From an uncultured Gammaproteobacteria bacterium (GTDB taxonomy: Bacteria; Patescibacteriota; Patescibacteriia; Magasanikbacterales; GWA2-37-8), in contig CAZUFD010000001.1 of NCBI GenBank assembly GCA_964619625.1, forward strand, positions 59,316-123,315: a stretch of 64,000 nt of DNA. Direction: 5' to 3'. The stretch's first letter is position 1; each line of letters opens with the position of its first letter. Made by a program: the position numbers and the translations under genes. Shown piece after piece: positions 50,990 to 59,946 of this stretch. The notes below the pieces were generated by a model that saw only the letters and a list, made by a program, of their open reading frames with translations, did no database searches and was not told where the DNA came from.

Positions 50990-51898
50990 ATGCTATCTTT
51001 TTTTAGAGTTTTAAAGTTCGCGCTCCAGGATTTGTGGCGAAATATCAGCTTGTCTTTCATGACGGTTTTTATTTTGGTTTTGATGCTGCTTTCCGTAAAC
51101 ACGCTGTGGTCTTTAGATGTACTAACCAAACAAGCCGTGGAAGCGGTAAAAAAACAAATTGATGTCAGCATATATTTTGTGCCGGAAGCCACGGAAAAAA
51201 ACGTGACTGAAATTAAAAATTATGTCATGCTGTTTCCCGAAGTAACGGATGTGCGAGTACAGACAAAGGAACAGGTGCTTGCCGATTTTCGCGAGAAACA
51301 TAAAAATCAAAAAGAAGCCTTGGAAGCGCTGGATGAACTTGGCGCCAATCCGTTTGGCCCGACCATGATTATAAAAACTAAAGAACCGAAGGACTATAAA
51401 AAAATCATAGATGCTTTAAACGTGCCGGAATACGAAAGTATTATTGAAGCCAAGAGCTTTGATAATCACGAAGAAGTCATTACGCGATTACAAAATATCA
51501 CTAACCGTATTGAACGAGTTGGTTTTGGCCTAACCATTTTATTTGCCTTGATTTCTTTCCTGATTATCTTTAATACTATTCGCGTGGCTATTGCTACCCA
51601 AAAGGTTGAAATTGGTATCAAGAGACTTGTGGGAGCCAGCAATTGGTTTATTCGCGGGCCATATTTGGTTGAATCGGTGATTTTTACCATTATTAGTGTT
51701 TCCTGCACGATTGGACTCGTATACCTTGCTCTACGTTGGATAGATCCGTATTTAGCGGTGATTTTGCCTAATGGATTCTCCTTGACAAATTACTTCTATT
51801 CTAATATGCTGATGCTGTTTGGAGCGCAAGCTCTGGCAGTACTTCTTCTTACAATGCTGTCCAGCCTTTTGGCTATGCGCAAACAGTTGAAAGTCTAA
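50990..51898 (+). CDS. ftsX: Cell division permease FtsX
   Basis: WRN..LS, NTIRVAI and LVGASNWFIRGPY motifs; follows ftsE. Confidence 0.93.
   Translation: MLSFFRVLKFALQDLWRNISLSFMTVFILVLMLLSVNTLWSLDVLTKQAVEAVKKQIDVSIYFVPEATEKNVTEIKNYVMLFPEVTDVRVQTKEQVLADFREKHKNQKEALEALDELGANPFGPTMIIKTKEPKDYKKIIDALNVPEYESIIEAKSFDNHEEVITRLQNITNRIERVGFGLTILFALISFLIIFNTIRVAIATQKVEIGIKRLVGASNWFIRGPYLVESVIFTIISVSCTIGLVYLALRWIDPYLAVILPNGFSLTNYFYSNMLMLFGAQALAVLLLTMLSSLLAMRKQLKV
51782..51810 (+). promoter_or_regulatory. Possible internal promoter for tRNA-Gln within ftsX
   Basis: TTGACA-N17-TATGCT about 90 nt before the tRNA. Confidence 0.45.
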
Positions 51899-51899
51899 C

Positions 51900-51970
51900 T
51901 CCGAGATCGTCTAATGGTAGGACAGCAGCCTTTGAAGCTGTTTATCCTGGTTCGAATCCAGGTCTCGGAA
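51900..51970 (+). tRNA. tRNA-Gln(TTG)
   Basis: TCCGAGA/TCTCGGA acceptor stem; GCAGC-CTTTGAA-GCTGT anticodon arm; GGTTCGAATCC. Confidence 0.95.
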
Positions 51971-53206
51971 CTAATTTACGGTTACGATATAAATGAGGCC
52001 CGATTTGTCATCGGAAATATACATCGTGCCATTTGGCAGTGTGAGAATATCTACGGGTCTGCCGTAGGTTTTGTTTTTTTGTCCCAGCCAGCCGGAAATA
52101 AAATCTTCCATGCCGGTTATTTTTGGTTTATCGCCGCTATAATCCACATCTAGTTTTACAATTTTATAACCTGTCGGCGTCGTGCGATTCCAAGATCCGT
52201 GAAATGCCACGAGCAAGTGGCCTTTTAGATTATCCGGCCAGCCGGAATTTGGTATGAAAGATAGGCCCAGCGGTGCCGAGTGGGCGGGTAAGTCGTAAAA
52301 GCTTGGAGTTTCAAACGGTTCCATGCATGGATTGCGAATATAGGTATTTTTATCAAATTTTGTGTCGTGAATATTTTGTCCGTAACAAATTGGCCAGCCA
52401 TAATTTTTTTCGTTTTCCACGATGTTAATTTCATCCGGCGGCAGATCGTCTCCGAGGAAATCTCGTCCCATTTCGGTCGCCCATATCTTGCCGTTTTGCC
52501 AGGTAAAAAATACGGCATTACGCAGCCCGCGGGCATACTGTTTAAAGTCATTTCCATCTTTTTCCATGGAATAAATTGCCGCGCGACGAGCATCTTTTTC
52601 ATGGCATGTATCGCACGAAGATCCGATGGAAACATATAATCTTTTATCCGGACCAAAACCGATGGTGCGAGTGAAGTGCGTGCCTCTGGTTGGCAAGTCA
52701 ATTATTTTATGCAGCGTATCTTCCGAATATACGCGAACTTTTGATATGCGATGTTCTTCGGCAATGTAGAGCTCAAACGGATCATCAGGATTAAAGGCTA
52801 GGCCGTGCGGTTTGCGCAAGCCTTTAAAGATCGCGGTTTGCTTAGTAGCTTTTCCATCCTTTATTTCTATAAGCGTAACTTGTCCTTGTTTAGTTTGGCT
52901 GACCCATAGATTTCCCATGCTATCTACAGCTAAAACTCTGGCTCCGGGTACTTTTGCCAAGGTATTTATAGAAAAACCAGCCGGTAATTTTAAAGGAATG
53001 CCTGTATTGTTTACAGCCGGAGTAGATGTTTGGGGAGAAGAGGTGGGGGGAGTGTTTGTATTTGTTTCAGTTGAGGTTGGATTAATTTTTTCCGGAGGTT
53101 GTAAAGCTACCCATGCGCCGCGTAAATTTTGATAATAAAATACTCCCATGTAAATGATAAGGGATAGCGCGATCAGAGTGCCGATAATAAGGATTATTTT
53201 TTTCAT
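51971..53206 (-). CDS. PQQ-dependent sugar/L-sorbosone dehydrogenase family beta-propeller
   Basis: HFTRTI, YVSIGSSC, GLRN, YGWP, AHSAPLG and AFHGSWNR motifs. Confidence 0.9.
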   Translation of the reverse strand: MKKIILIIGTLIALSLIIYMGVFYYQNLRGAWVALQPPEKINPTSTETNTNTPPTSSPQTSTPAVNNTGIPLKLPAGFSINTLAKVPGARVLAVDSMGNLWVSQTKQGQVTLIEIKDGKATKQTAIFKGLRKPHGLAFNPDDPFELYIAEEHRISKVRVYSEDTLHKIIDLPTRGTHFTRTIGFGPDKRLYVSIGSSCDTCHEKDARRAAIYSMEKDGNDFKQYARGLRNAVFFTWQNGKIWATEMGRDFLGDDLPPDEINIVENEKNYGWPICYGQNIHDTKFDKNTYIRNPCMEPFETPSFYDLPAHSAPLGLSFIPNSGWPDNLKGHLLVAFHGSWNRTTPTGYKIVKLDVDYSGDKPKITGMEDFISGWLGQKNKTYGRPVDILTLPNGTMYISDDKSGLIYIVTVN

Positions 53207-53245
53207 ATTATATTTATCGTATCTCAGAAAGTGGTGCGGGTCAAT

Positions 53246-53271
53246 AAAAAAACCACCGTAATATATGTGGT
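53246..53271 (-). terminator. Terminator of ncRNA B
   Basis: ACCAC-N10-GTGGT followed by a T run on the minus strand. Confidence 0.6.
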
Positions 53272-53283
53272 AAAAATAGAGCC

Positions 53284-53514
53284 CTCGGAAACGGAGATGC
53301 GCAGGCTACGGCAGACCGCGTTTGGGGAGGTAGTTGCCATACAGACTTTGCGCAGGAGGGGAGGAGGGTTGTCTGTACGCGTAACGCGCTGTGCTGCGGC
53401 AGCTGAGTCCAATCGGCACCATCCAAATTGTCTTAGATTTGCTTTCGCTCATCCCGAAGCCCACGGGCTCCATTTGGGCGATACCTACTGAACTGCCTAA
53501 TCTCCGTTTCCGAG
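53284..53514 (-). ncRNA. Candidate structured ncRNA B (~231 nt)
   Basis: Perfect 15 bp terminal pairing CTCGGAAACGGAGAT/ATCTCCGTTTCCGAG; internal helices with G-U pairs on the minus strand; own promoter and terminator. Confidence 0.65.
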
Positions 53515-53523
53515 TTCGCAATC

Positions 53524-53552
53524 ATGGTATCAAATGCCTGTATCATTGTAAA
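53524..53552 (-). promoter_or_regulatory. Promoter of ncRNA B
   Basis: TTTACA-N17-TACCAT with extended -10 TG. Confidence 0.6.
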
Positions 53553-53558
53553 GTTTGC

Positions 53559-53590
53559 AAAAACAAAAAACAACTTCTTGAGGAAGTGTT
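53559..53590 (-). terminator. Terminator of ncRNA A
   Basis: AACACTTC-CTCAA-GAAGTTGTT followed by T runs. Confidence 0.6.
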
Positions 53591-53600
53591 AAGTAAAACC

Positions 53601-53795
53601 GTCACCCAGAAGCCAGAGACGGGCCTTGCAAGGAGTAGAAAAGTCATTCGGGCCATCACGGGGGTGAGAGGCCGCCAAACAAATTTTCTACCGCATCCAA
53701 GCCTGAGGGAGCTTGGTGGCTTTAAATGTTGATTCTAGTTCTGCGTTGGCCTATTGCTGAATCAACACTTTCCTGCATCTCTGACCTCTGGGGAC
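53601..53795 (-). ncRNA. Candidate structured ncRNA A (~195 nt; 6S-sized)
   Basis: 19 bp closing stem GTCCCCAGAGGTCAGAGAT/GTCTCTGGCTTCTGGGTGAC with 3 G-U pairs and one bulge; three internal hairpins; own promoter and terminator. Confidence 0.7.
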
Positions 53796-53803
53796 TTAAG
53801 CTA

Positions 53804-53832
53804 CTTATACCACAAAGTCATACTTTTGTCAA
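53804..53832 (-). promoter_or_regulatory. Promoter of ncRNA A
   Basis: TTGACA-N17-TATAAG with extended -10 TG. Confidence 0.7.
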
Positions 53833-53892
53833 TATTCAATATAAAGAATAGATTGTTTTTTCTTCTTTTTTTCGTTAAAATAATAGGTACAT

Positions 53893-54588
53893 ATGCCAAG
53901 GATAGTAGATCTAACATTAAACGGAAATAATTGGCAGGTTCACTTACGCGACGAAGCGGATGAGAGTGTGTTTAACGAAATATTTAAACTCCACGAGTAC
54001 CGCCGGGCCGAAGAAGTAATAGAAAATGCCAAATATCCAATCGTAGACGCGGGCGCTCACGCGGGATTTTTTTGCATGTATTGCCGAAGTAAGAATAAAA
54101 AGGTCAATATTTTTGCGATTGAACCTGAGCCGAATAATATTAAATTGCTAAGGGAGCATATAAAGAAAAATAAGATTGCCGGAGTGGAAGTGGTAGAGGC
54201 GGCCCTCTCCGTATCAAGCGGTTTAAGAAGTTTGTTGTTATCTGCGGATAGTCATAACCATAAACTGGCCGAATCGGAAGATTTTGATAAAGTATTAGAA
54301 GTCCAAACCTTTTCTTTTTTGGATTTTTGTAAAAAATACAAGATTAAAAAAATTTCTTTGTTAAAAATGGATATTGAGGGCGGCGAGTATGAGGTGTTTG
54401 ACGGTATGTCGGAAGCAGATTTTGCGATGGTAAATAACGTGATTTTGGAGTATCATGTAAGTAGGGAAAAGGCCATAGAACTTGAAGAAAAATTAAGAGT
54501 TAACGGTTTTGGCGTACAGATTTTTCCTTCCAAATTTGATAAAACTATGGGCTTTATCTTTGCCCGTAACAAAAGATTCAACGAGTAA
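53893..54588 (+). CDS. FkbM family methyltransferase
   Basis: VDAGAHAG, AIEPEP and LKMDIEGGEY motifs. Confidence 0.9.
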   Translation: MPRIVDLTLNGNNWQVHLRDEADESVFNEIFKLHEYRRAEEVIENAKYPIVDAGAHAGFFCMYCRSKNKKVNIFAIEPEPNNIKLLREHIKKNKIAGVEVVEAALSVSSGLRSLLLSADSHNHKLAESEDFDKVLEVQTFSFLDFCKKYKIKKISLLKMDIEGGEYEVFDGMSEADFAMVNNVILEYHVSREKAIELEEKLRVNGFGVQIFPSKFDKTMGFIFARNKRFNE

Positions 54589-54594
54589 TTAATT

Positions 54595-55926
54595 ATGTCA
54601 GAAAAACAGGCTTGGGTCGTGGCCGTGGATATGGGGTATGGCCATCAGCGCGCTGCCTATCCCTTACGGCATTTATCTCCCACCGGCAAAGTTATCATTG
54701 CCAATAATTATCAGGGTATCCCCAAAAAGGATTATAATATTTGGCATGAATCCGAAGTATTTTATGGGTTTGTCTCCCGACTTATTAATATTCCCTTAAT
54801 TGGAGAGAAGCTTTTTAATTTATACGATAAGTTGCAGGCCATTAGAGAGTTTTATCCGCGCCGTGATTTGTCTGCTCCCAGCACACAGTTGAAAGCCATG
54901 TATAGTCTAATAAAAAAAGGCTGGGGCAAGGATTTTATAAATTTTTTAAATACCAAAGACATTCCGCTCATCACCACGTTTTTTTCTGTGGCTTTTATGG
55001 CTGAAGAACATAAGTTTAAAAATGAAATCTATTTGGTATTATGTGACGCGGATATCAGTCGGGCTTGGGTGGCGATGAATCCTCAAAAAAGCCGGATAAA
55101 ATATTTGGCTCCCTGCCGCCGCGTGGTGGACAGGTTAAAACTATATAGGGTTCCCAGTAAAAATATTTTTCTAACCGGTTTTCCGTTGCCTGAAGAAAAT
55201 TTGGGCGATGATGGATTGCGTACGTTAAAATCGGATTTGTTATCTAGAATTCATAATTTGGATCCGCAAAAAAGATACAGACAGAAATATGCGGATACGG
55301 TAGCGAAATTTTTAAAAACTGCCGGTGAAGACATAAAACATCCGCACCATCCGCTTACGCTGACCTTTGCCGTGGGTGGAGCCGGCGCGCAAAAGAAAAT
55401 CGCCAAAGATATTTTATTTAGTCTTAAAAAAAGATTGTTGAAAGGCGATTTGCATTTAAATTTGATCGCCGGCACCCGCAATGACGTATATTTATATTTT
55501 CAAGAACAAATTTCTGAATGCGGACTTACAAAATTACTTGGCAAAAATATCAATGTTTTGTTTGCTTTGGAAAAAGAAGATTATTTCCAGCAATTTAACG
55601 AGCTGCTTCGCACCACCGATGTGCTTTGGACCAAGCCCAGTGAGCTGGTTTTCTATGCGGGTTTAGGCGTGCCGCTGATTATGGCTCCGTCTGTAGGCGC
55701 GCAGGAAATATTTAACCGCACTTGGCTTAAGACCATAAACGCCGGTATTGCCCAAAACAATCCCAAGTACGCTCACGAATGGCTGTTTGATTGGGTGGAT
55801 AGCGGCTGGCTGGCCGAGGCGGCCATGGCCGGGTTTTTGGATGGCCGGCAGTTCGGTGTTTCCAATATTACAGATGTGGTCTTTAACGGGGTAAAAGAGC
55901 CGGCCAAAAATTATCAGCTTATGTAG
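54595..55926 (+). CDS. GT-B glycosyltransferase-like protein (MGDG synthase-related)
   Basis: DMGYGHQRAA, TGFPLP and DVLWTKPSEL motifs. Confidence 0.7.
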   Translation: MSEKQAWVVAVDMGYGHQRAAYPLRHLSPTGKVIIANNYQGIPKKDYNIWHESEVFYGFVSRLINIPLIGEKLFNLYDKLQAIREFYPRRDLSAPSTQLKAMYSLIKKGWGKDFINFLNTKDIPLITTFFSVAFMAEEHKFKNEIYLVLCDADISRAWVAMNPQKSRIKYLAPCRRVVDRLKLYRVPSKNIFLTGFPLPEENLGDDGLRTLKSDLLSRIHNLDPQKRYRQKYADTVAKFLKTAGEDIKHPHHPLTLTFAVGGAGAQKKIAKDILFSLKKRLLKGDLHLNLIAGTRNDVYLYFQEQISECGLTKLLGKNINVLFALEKEDYFQQFNELLRTTDVLWTKPSELVFYAGLGVPLIMAPSVGAQEIFNRTWLKTINAGIAQNNPKYAHEWLFDWVDSGWLAEAAMAGFLDGRQFGVSNITDVVFNGVKEPAKNYQLM

Positions 55927-55960
55927 CGCTTTGTTGGGTTCGGTTTTTGATTTAAATATT

Positions 55961-56284
55961 ATGGAGGAAATAAGAAAACAAATTATTGAATTATTGGATG
56001 AGATTATAGTTTTTGAGGCCAAGTTTAAAAAAGAAATTTTAGACAAAACCGAAGATTTGACCGAGGATAGGCTGAAAGAGCTGGAAATTATTTTACTCGA
56101 GGTAAAAGAGTGGCAGCAAAAAACATTAGAGAAGATTTTAAAGGAGGATCCGGATTTTTATAATAGAATCCTGATTGCCAGGAGACAGGTTGAAGAAAAA
56201 ATATTAAATATGTATAAACAAAAAATAGCCGCGGAAGATCATGAGAAAATGCAAATTATTTTAAATAAAATAGACTCCTTATAA
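55961..56284 (+). CDS. Helical hypothetical protein
   Basis: ORF in operonic position; Glu/Lys-rich. Confidence 0.65.
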   Translation: MEEIRKQIIELLDEIIVFEAKFKKEILDKTEDLTEDRLKELEIILLEVKEWQQKTLEKILKEDPDFYNRILIARRQVEEKILNMYKQKIAAEDHEKMQIILNKIDSL

Positions 56285-56291
56285 ATAGCAT

Positions 56292-58547
56292 ATGACTAGC
56301 GCAGATATAGAAGCAAAAAAAGAAAGCGGAAATATTGAATTACCGCCATTTGAAGCGGCGGCGCGGACTCCGACCCTTGAAGACTTTCGCAAGTTAATAA
56401 AAGATCTGCCGGCGCTAGAAAAATTAGTTGCTGATGGCAAGCTAAAACCGGAAGATTTTATTGGGGCAGCTGATTTAGTCGCTGAAGCGGTTGAAGGCGC
56501 TGATGAAGAAATTTCGGCAGAGCTTGAGGCGTACCAGGGAAGATTGATAGAATTTTTAACCGCTGAAAGAGAAAAAAGTGAAAGTCCGGCAGGGCGCGCG
56601 GAAAGAGATATTAAGCTGGCGGTGGAGATAGATAAAATGGCGGAAGGCGCGCGAGAGTATAAAAAAGAAGTGTTAGCCGGAATTTTAGAAAGAAAGCAAT
56701 CGGGAAATTTTTTTGGTAAAACTAAAAAAATTGATGAAACTGGAAAAGAAGAGTGGGTTAGTAATCTCAAAACCGGAGATCGGCTGGTAAGTTTTTTGGT
56801 GCCTGGGGCGGACTTTCTTTCCATTAAATACTTAAATGACAATATTTTCGGCCCCCAAATTACAAATAAGATAATTGAAAAAAAACGTGAAGTATTAGAA
56901 GCTGAAATAAAAAAATTTGATAAAAATGCTTCATTAATCCAGTCTGATTATAAAACCGAGGTCGTTAAGCTTTCCAAGGATTCTGTAATTGATAATAAAA
57001 AACTCGGAGATATAACGCGTGCCGTGGATGCGGAGATGACAAAGTTTATCTCTGAAAAAATAGTTGATGGGTTGGTGGGTGGCGAGCGAAGCGCGTTAGA
57101 GCCTCTTATTATAAAAAGAGAAGAGAATAAATTTGCAGACAGTAATGAGCGCAAACTTAACGACGAAGCTATCAAAATGCACGAATCACGAATAAATAAA
57201 TGGGACCAGTTTAAGCGACAATTATTAGGCACAGATTCAAGCAAGGGTGGTTTTAGGATGAATTATGGCGTAGCCGTGGTAAATGGGGAAGAGGCTACAG
57301 ATAAGTTGTTGGCTCTAAACCAGTCGCTACAAACTAGCCGCATGGCCAGAGAAGCGCAAGATGGCAGTTATGGAGCAGAGTATAGTGAAGCTAAAAATTT
57401 GCAAGAGATAGAAAATATAAAAGATTTAAGAAATGAAATTGTAGGAGGTGGTAATAAAATTACGGACTTAGATGGGAATGAGTTTGTAATTTTTTTGCCT
57501 GTGCCGGTTGAGAGCGCGGTAACCAGATATTCACTTAATCGAGATTTATTGCGCGATGTTCGTAAGGGTAAGTTTAAGACAAAAAATACAGAATTGCTTA
57601 GTAAAATATCCTTGTATGTTAAAAAGTTAAATATTTTAGACGCGGTTAAACCTTTTATATCAGAAGAGATAGGCGCTGTTACCAGCGCGGTTGATCGCAA
57701 CCAGGAACTGGCAGAAAAAATGAAGAGCGGGGAACTGGCTGTTGAGGATCGGAAGCGGGTGGTAGAAATATTACGGGCCAATGAAAAAGATGAAAAATAT
57801 ACTTCTGCCGCTGAATTCCATAAGCGTGCCATAGAAATGAATGATGCGGCCTATGTAAGTTTAGATGTGTTGGATTTGGGTGTAGATTTGCTTTTGGAAT
57901 ATGAAAGTGCTTTGCAGGATATTGAAGCTACTGATGAAAGCGATAGAGCTCGTAAATTTAACGAGGTTTCTTTGTCAGCCGGGGATGAGACTACTAAAAA
58001 ATTGAGGGAATTTAGAGAAAAAGTAGCCGAGGTATATAGGAAGTTTGGTTTAGAGGATGATTTAGTGGTGGGAGATATTGGAGGAGACGAACTGACGCTG
58101 GCAGTTAATGTGGGAGAAGGAAGTGTGCTGAGCAAAAAGGGTAAGATGGATGAATTTTTGTTCGCCTTAAAAGAGGCGACAAATACTCGGGTAATTAAAA
58201 CCGTAGTCTCACGAGCTGAAAAGCATGTTGGCAGCGAAACCAGCGAACAAAGCAAGGTAGAAGCGCATCTAGAGGCAATTAAACGAGCTGAAGATGGGGC
58301 AGCTATCGCTAAAGATTTAGAAGAGGGAGCAAGAAAGTTGACTTTGTTACTTAAGCGAGAAGGTAAGGATGCGGTCGCGCAGAAGTTAGATGGGTTAAGT
58401 AAAGTATTTATGATAGAAGGAAATGAAGTAAAATCTAACTTTGTGATAATGGATAATGATGGTGGGTTTAAGATAGCCAATGGTGATAATGGTGAATTTG
58501 ATTATAATTCAATTAAAAAAGATTTGGATAAGATTTTGGGTAGATAG
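56292..58547 (+). CDS. Large hypothetical protein with divergent GGDEF/palm-like motifs
   Basis: IKYLNDNIFG, MNYGVA, VSLDV and GDIGGDELTL segments. Confidence 0.6.
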   Translation: MTSADIEAKKESGNIELPPFEAAARTPTLEDFRKLIKDLPALEKLVADGKLKPEDFIGAADLVAEAVEGADEEISAELEAYQGRLIEFLTAEREKSESPAGRAERDIKLAVEIDKMAEGAREYKKEVLAGILERKQSGNFFGKTKKIDETGKEEWVSNLKTGDRLVSFLVPGADFLSIKYLNDNIFGPQITNKIIEKKREVLEAEIKKFDKNASLIQSDYKTEVVKLSKDSVIDNKKLGDITRAVDAEMTKFISEKIVDGLVGGERSALEPLIIKREENKFADSNERKLNDEAIKMHESRINKWDQFKRQLLGTDSSKGGFRMNYGVAVVNGEEATDKLLALNQSLQTSRMAREAQDGSYGAEYSEAKNLQEIENIKDLRNEIVGGGNKITDLDGNEFVIFLPVPVESAVTRYSLNRDLLRDVRKGKFKTKNTELLSKISLYVKKLNILDAVKPFISEEIGAVTSAVDRNQELAEKMKSGELAVEDRKRVVEILRANEKDEKYTSAAEFHKRAIEMNDAAYVSLDVLDLGVDLLLEYESALQDIEATDESDRARKFNEVSLSAGDETTKKLREFREKVAEVYRKFGLEDDLVVGDIGGDELTLAVNVGEGSVLSKKGKMDEFLFALKEATNTRVIKTVVSRAEKHVGSETSEQSKVEAHLEAIKRAEDGAAIAKDLEEGARKLTLLLKREGKDAVAQKLDGLSKVFMIEGNEVKSNFVIMDNDGGFKIANGDNGEFDYNSIKKDLDKILGR

Positions 58548-58584
58548 GAAATTAATTGTAAGGGCTAAAGCCCGAATAAAATTA

Positions 58585-58613
58585 TTGACAATTCAGGTGA
58601 AACATATTATATT
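58585..58613 (+). promoter_or_regulatory. Promoter of tRNA-Asn
   Basis: TTGACA-N17-TATATT. Confidence 0.7.
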
Positions 58614-58630
58614 ATTTCCACTTGAATTAT

Positions 58631-58702
58631 TCCCGGGTAGCGCAGCGGTAGCGCAGTTGGCTGTTAACCAATTGGTCGTCGGTTCGAATCCGACCCCGGG
58701 AG
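58631..58702 (+). tRNA. tRNA-Asn(GTT)
   Basis: TCCCGGG/CCCGGGA acceptor stem; GTTGG-CTGTTAA-CCAAT anticodon arm. Confidence 0.96.
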
Positions 58703-58758
58703 CAGAGGAAAGAACTAGCATGATGGTTCTTTTCTTTTTTAAAAACTATTTTAAATAC

Positions 58759-59946
58759 ATGTTAAAAAATCATCACAAAAATGTCCTTATCGTGGCTCTT
58801 ATCGCCCTGGTAAACATGCTTGGGTACGGCATTATCATCCCTTTAATGTATGGCTATTCAAAAAAATTTGGCCTCTCAGATTTTGAGAATGGTCTTTTAT
58901 TTGCTATTTTTTCAGTCTGCCAATTTTTTTCTACACCAATTATCGGCCGGTTGTCCGATAAATACGGTCGCAAGCCAATGCTTCTTATTTCTATAATCGG
59001 CACCGCTTTATCATTTTTCATGATGGCTTTTGCTCCAAACGCATTAGTATTATTTTTGTCACGCGCTTTGGACGGCCTCACTGCCGGAAATATTCCTGTT
59101 GCCTTTGCTGTAATTTCTGATTCAACCAAACCAGAAGAACGCGCCAAAGCCTTTGGTCTTATCAGTTCAGCTTTTAATTTTGGTTTTGTTTTTGGGCCAG
59201 CCATCGCCGCGTTTACGGTGGGTTATTATCAACCATTGCCATTTATTATTGCCGGCGTCGTTACCGTCGGGGCGGCCATACTCACGGCTCTGTATTTGCC
59301 GGAAACAAATGAGCATATGGGCGAAGTGGCGCACAGCAAACTTTTTGATTTCAAAAAAATGTGGCACACCTTGTTTGATCCAAATGTCGGCACTACTTTT
59401 GTGATATCGTTTCTATTTATGTTGGCATTTGCCAGCGCCCTTATTTATGGCTTCCAACCGTTTACCTTAAATGTTTTGCATATCAACGAATCGCAAAACG
59501 CTATGCTTTTTACTTTGTTTGGAAGCATAGGACTTTTTGCGCAAACTTTTTTAGTTGGCCGTTTTTCAAAAAAACTTGGCATCAAAAAAGCATTCTCCAC
59601 CGGCATACTGCTGACAGCCATGTCTTTTTTTATTATGTTCCTGTCCCGTTCGGTCGTGGTTTTTGTTATCGCGATGGTTATAATGGCGCTTTTTAACAGT
59701 ATTGCCCAAACTCTTTTTCCGACTATTCTTTCCCAAGAAGCAGACGCAAAATCACAAGGCACTATTATGGGTCTGAATTCGTCATACCAAAGTATTGGCA
59801 TGATTGCGGGTCCGATTCTGGGCGGTGTTGTTGCAAGCCTGGCAATTTCATTGCCATTTCTATTTGGCAGCGTTCTGCTTCTCATTTGTTTTCTCCTATC
59901 ATTTAAAATTCTTCGTCCCGGCATAAAAAAGGAGTCAGCTTTCTAA
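58759..59946 (+). CDS. MFS efflux transporter (Tet/DHA1 type)
   Basis: GRLSDKYGRKP motif A, SRALDG and GFVFGP motifs; start moved to ATG 58759, downstream of the tRNA. Confidence 0.92.
   Translation: MLKNHHKNVLIVALIALVNMLGYGIIIPLMYGYSKKFGLSDFENGLLFAIFSVCQFFSTPIIGRLSDKYGRKPMLLISIIGTALSFFMMAFAPNALVLFLSRALDGLTAGNIPVAFAVISDSTKPEERAKAFGLISSAFNFGFVFGPAIAAFTVGYYQPLPFIIAGVVTVGAAILTALYLPETNEHMGEVAHSKLFDFKKMWHTLFDPNVGTTFVISFLFMLAFASALIYGFQPFTLNVLHINESQNAMLFTLFGSIGLFAQTFLVGRFSKKLGIKKAFSTGILLTAMSFFIMFLSRSVVVFVIAMVIMALFNSIAQTLFPTILSQEADAKSQGTIMGLNSSYQSIGMIAGPILGGVVASLAISLPFLFGSVLLLICFLLSFKILRPGIKKESAF

Noticed and set aside
48375-52153. ORFs 48375..48629 and 51914..52153
   Set aside because: They overlap tRNA genes and are spurious
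53231-53732. Short overlapping ORFs in the track
   Set aside because: No recognisable motifs or good starts; the region is better explained by two promoter-stem-terminator RNA units
53284-53795. tmRNA, SRP RNA or RNase P identity for the ncRNAs
   Set aside because: No tRNA-like ends and no SRP CAGG..GGAA..AGCAG core; only a partial AGGAAAGT without the RNase P 3' consensus. Not fully excluded without Rfam
58561-58575. GGGCTAAAGCCC as a sixth copy of the dispersed element
   Set aside because: Only the small hairpin tip matches; the flanks and AT stem are absent
58480-58758. N-terminal extension of the MFS ORF
   Set aside because: It runs through tRNA-Asn and its promoter; the likely start is 58759
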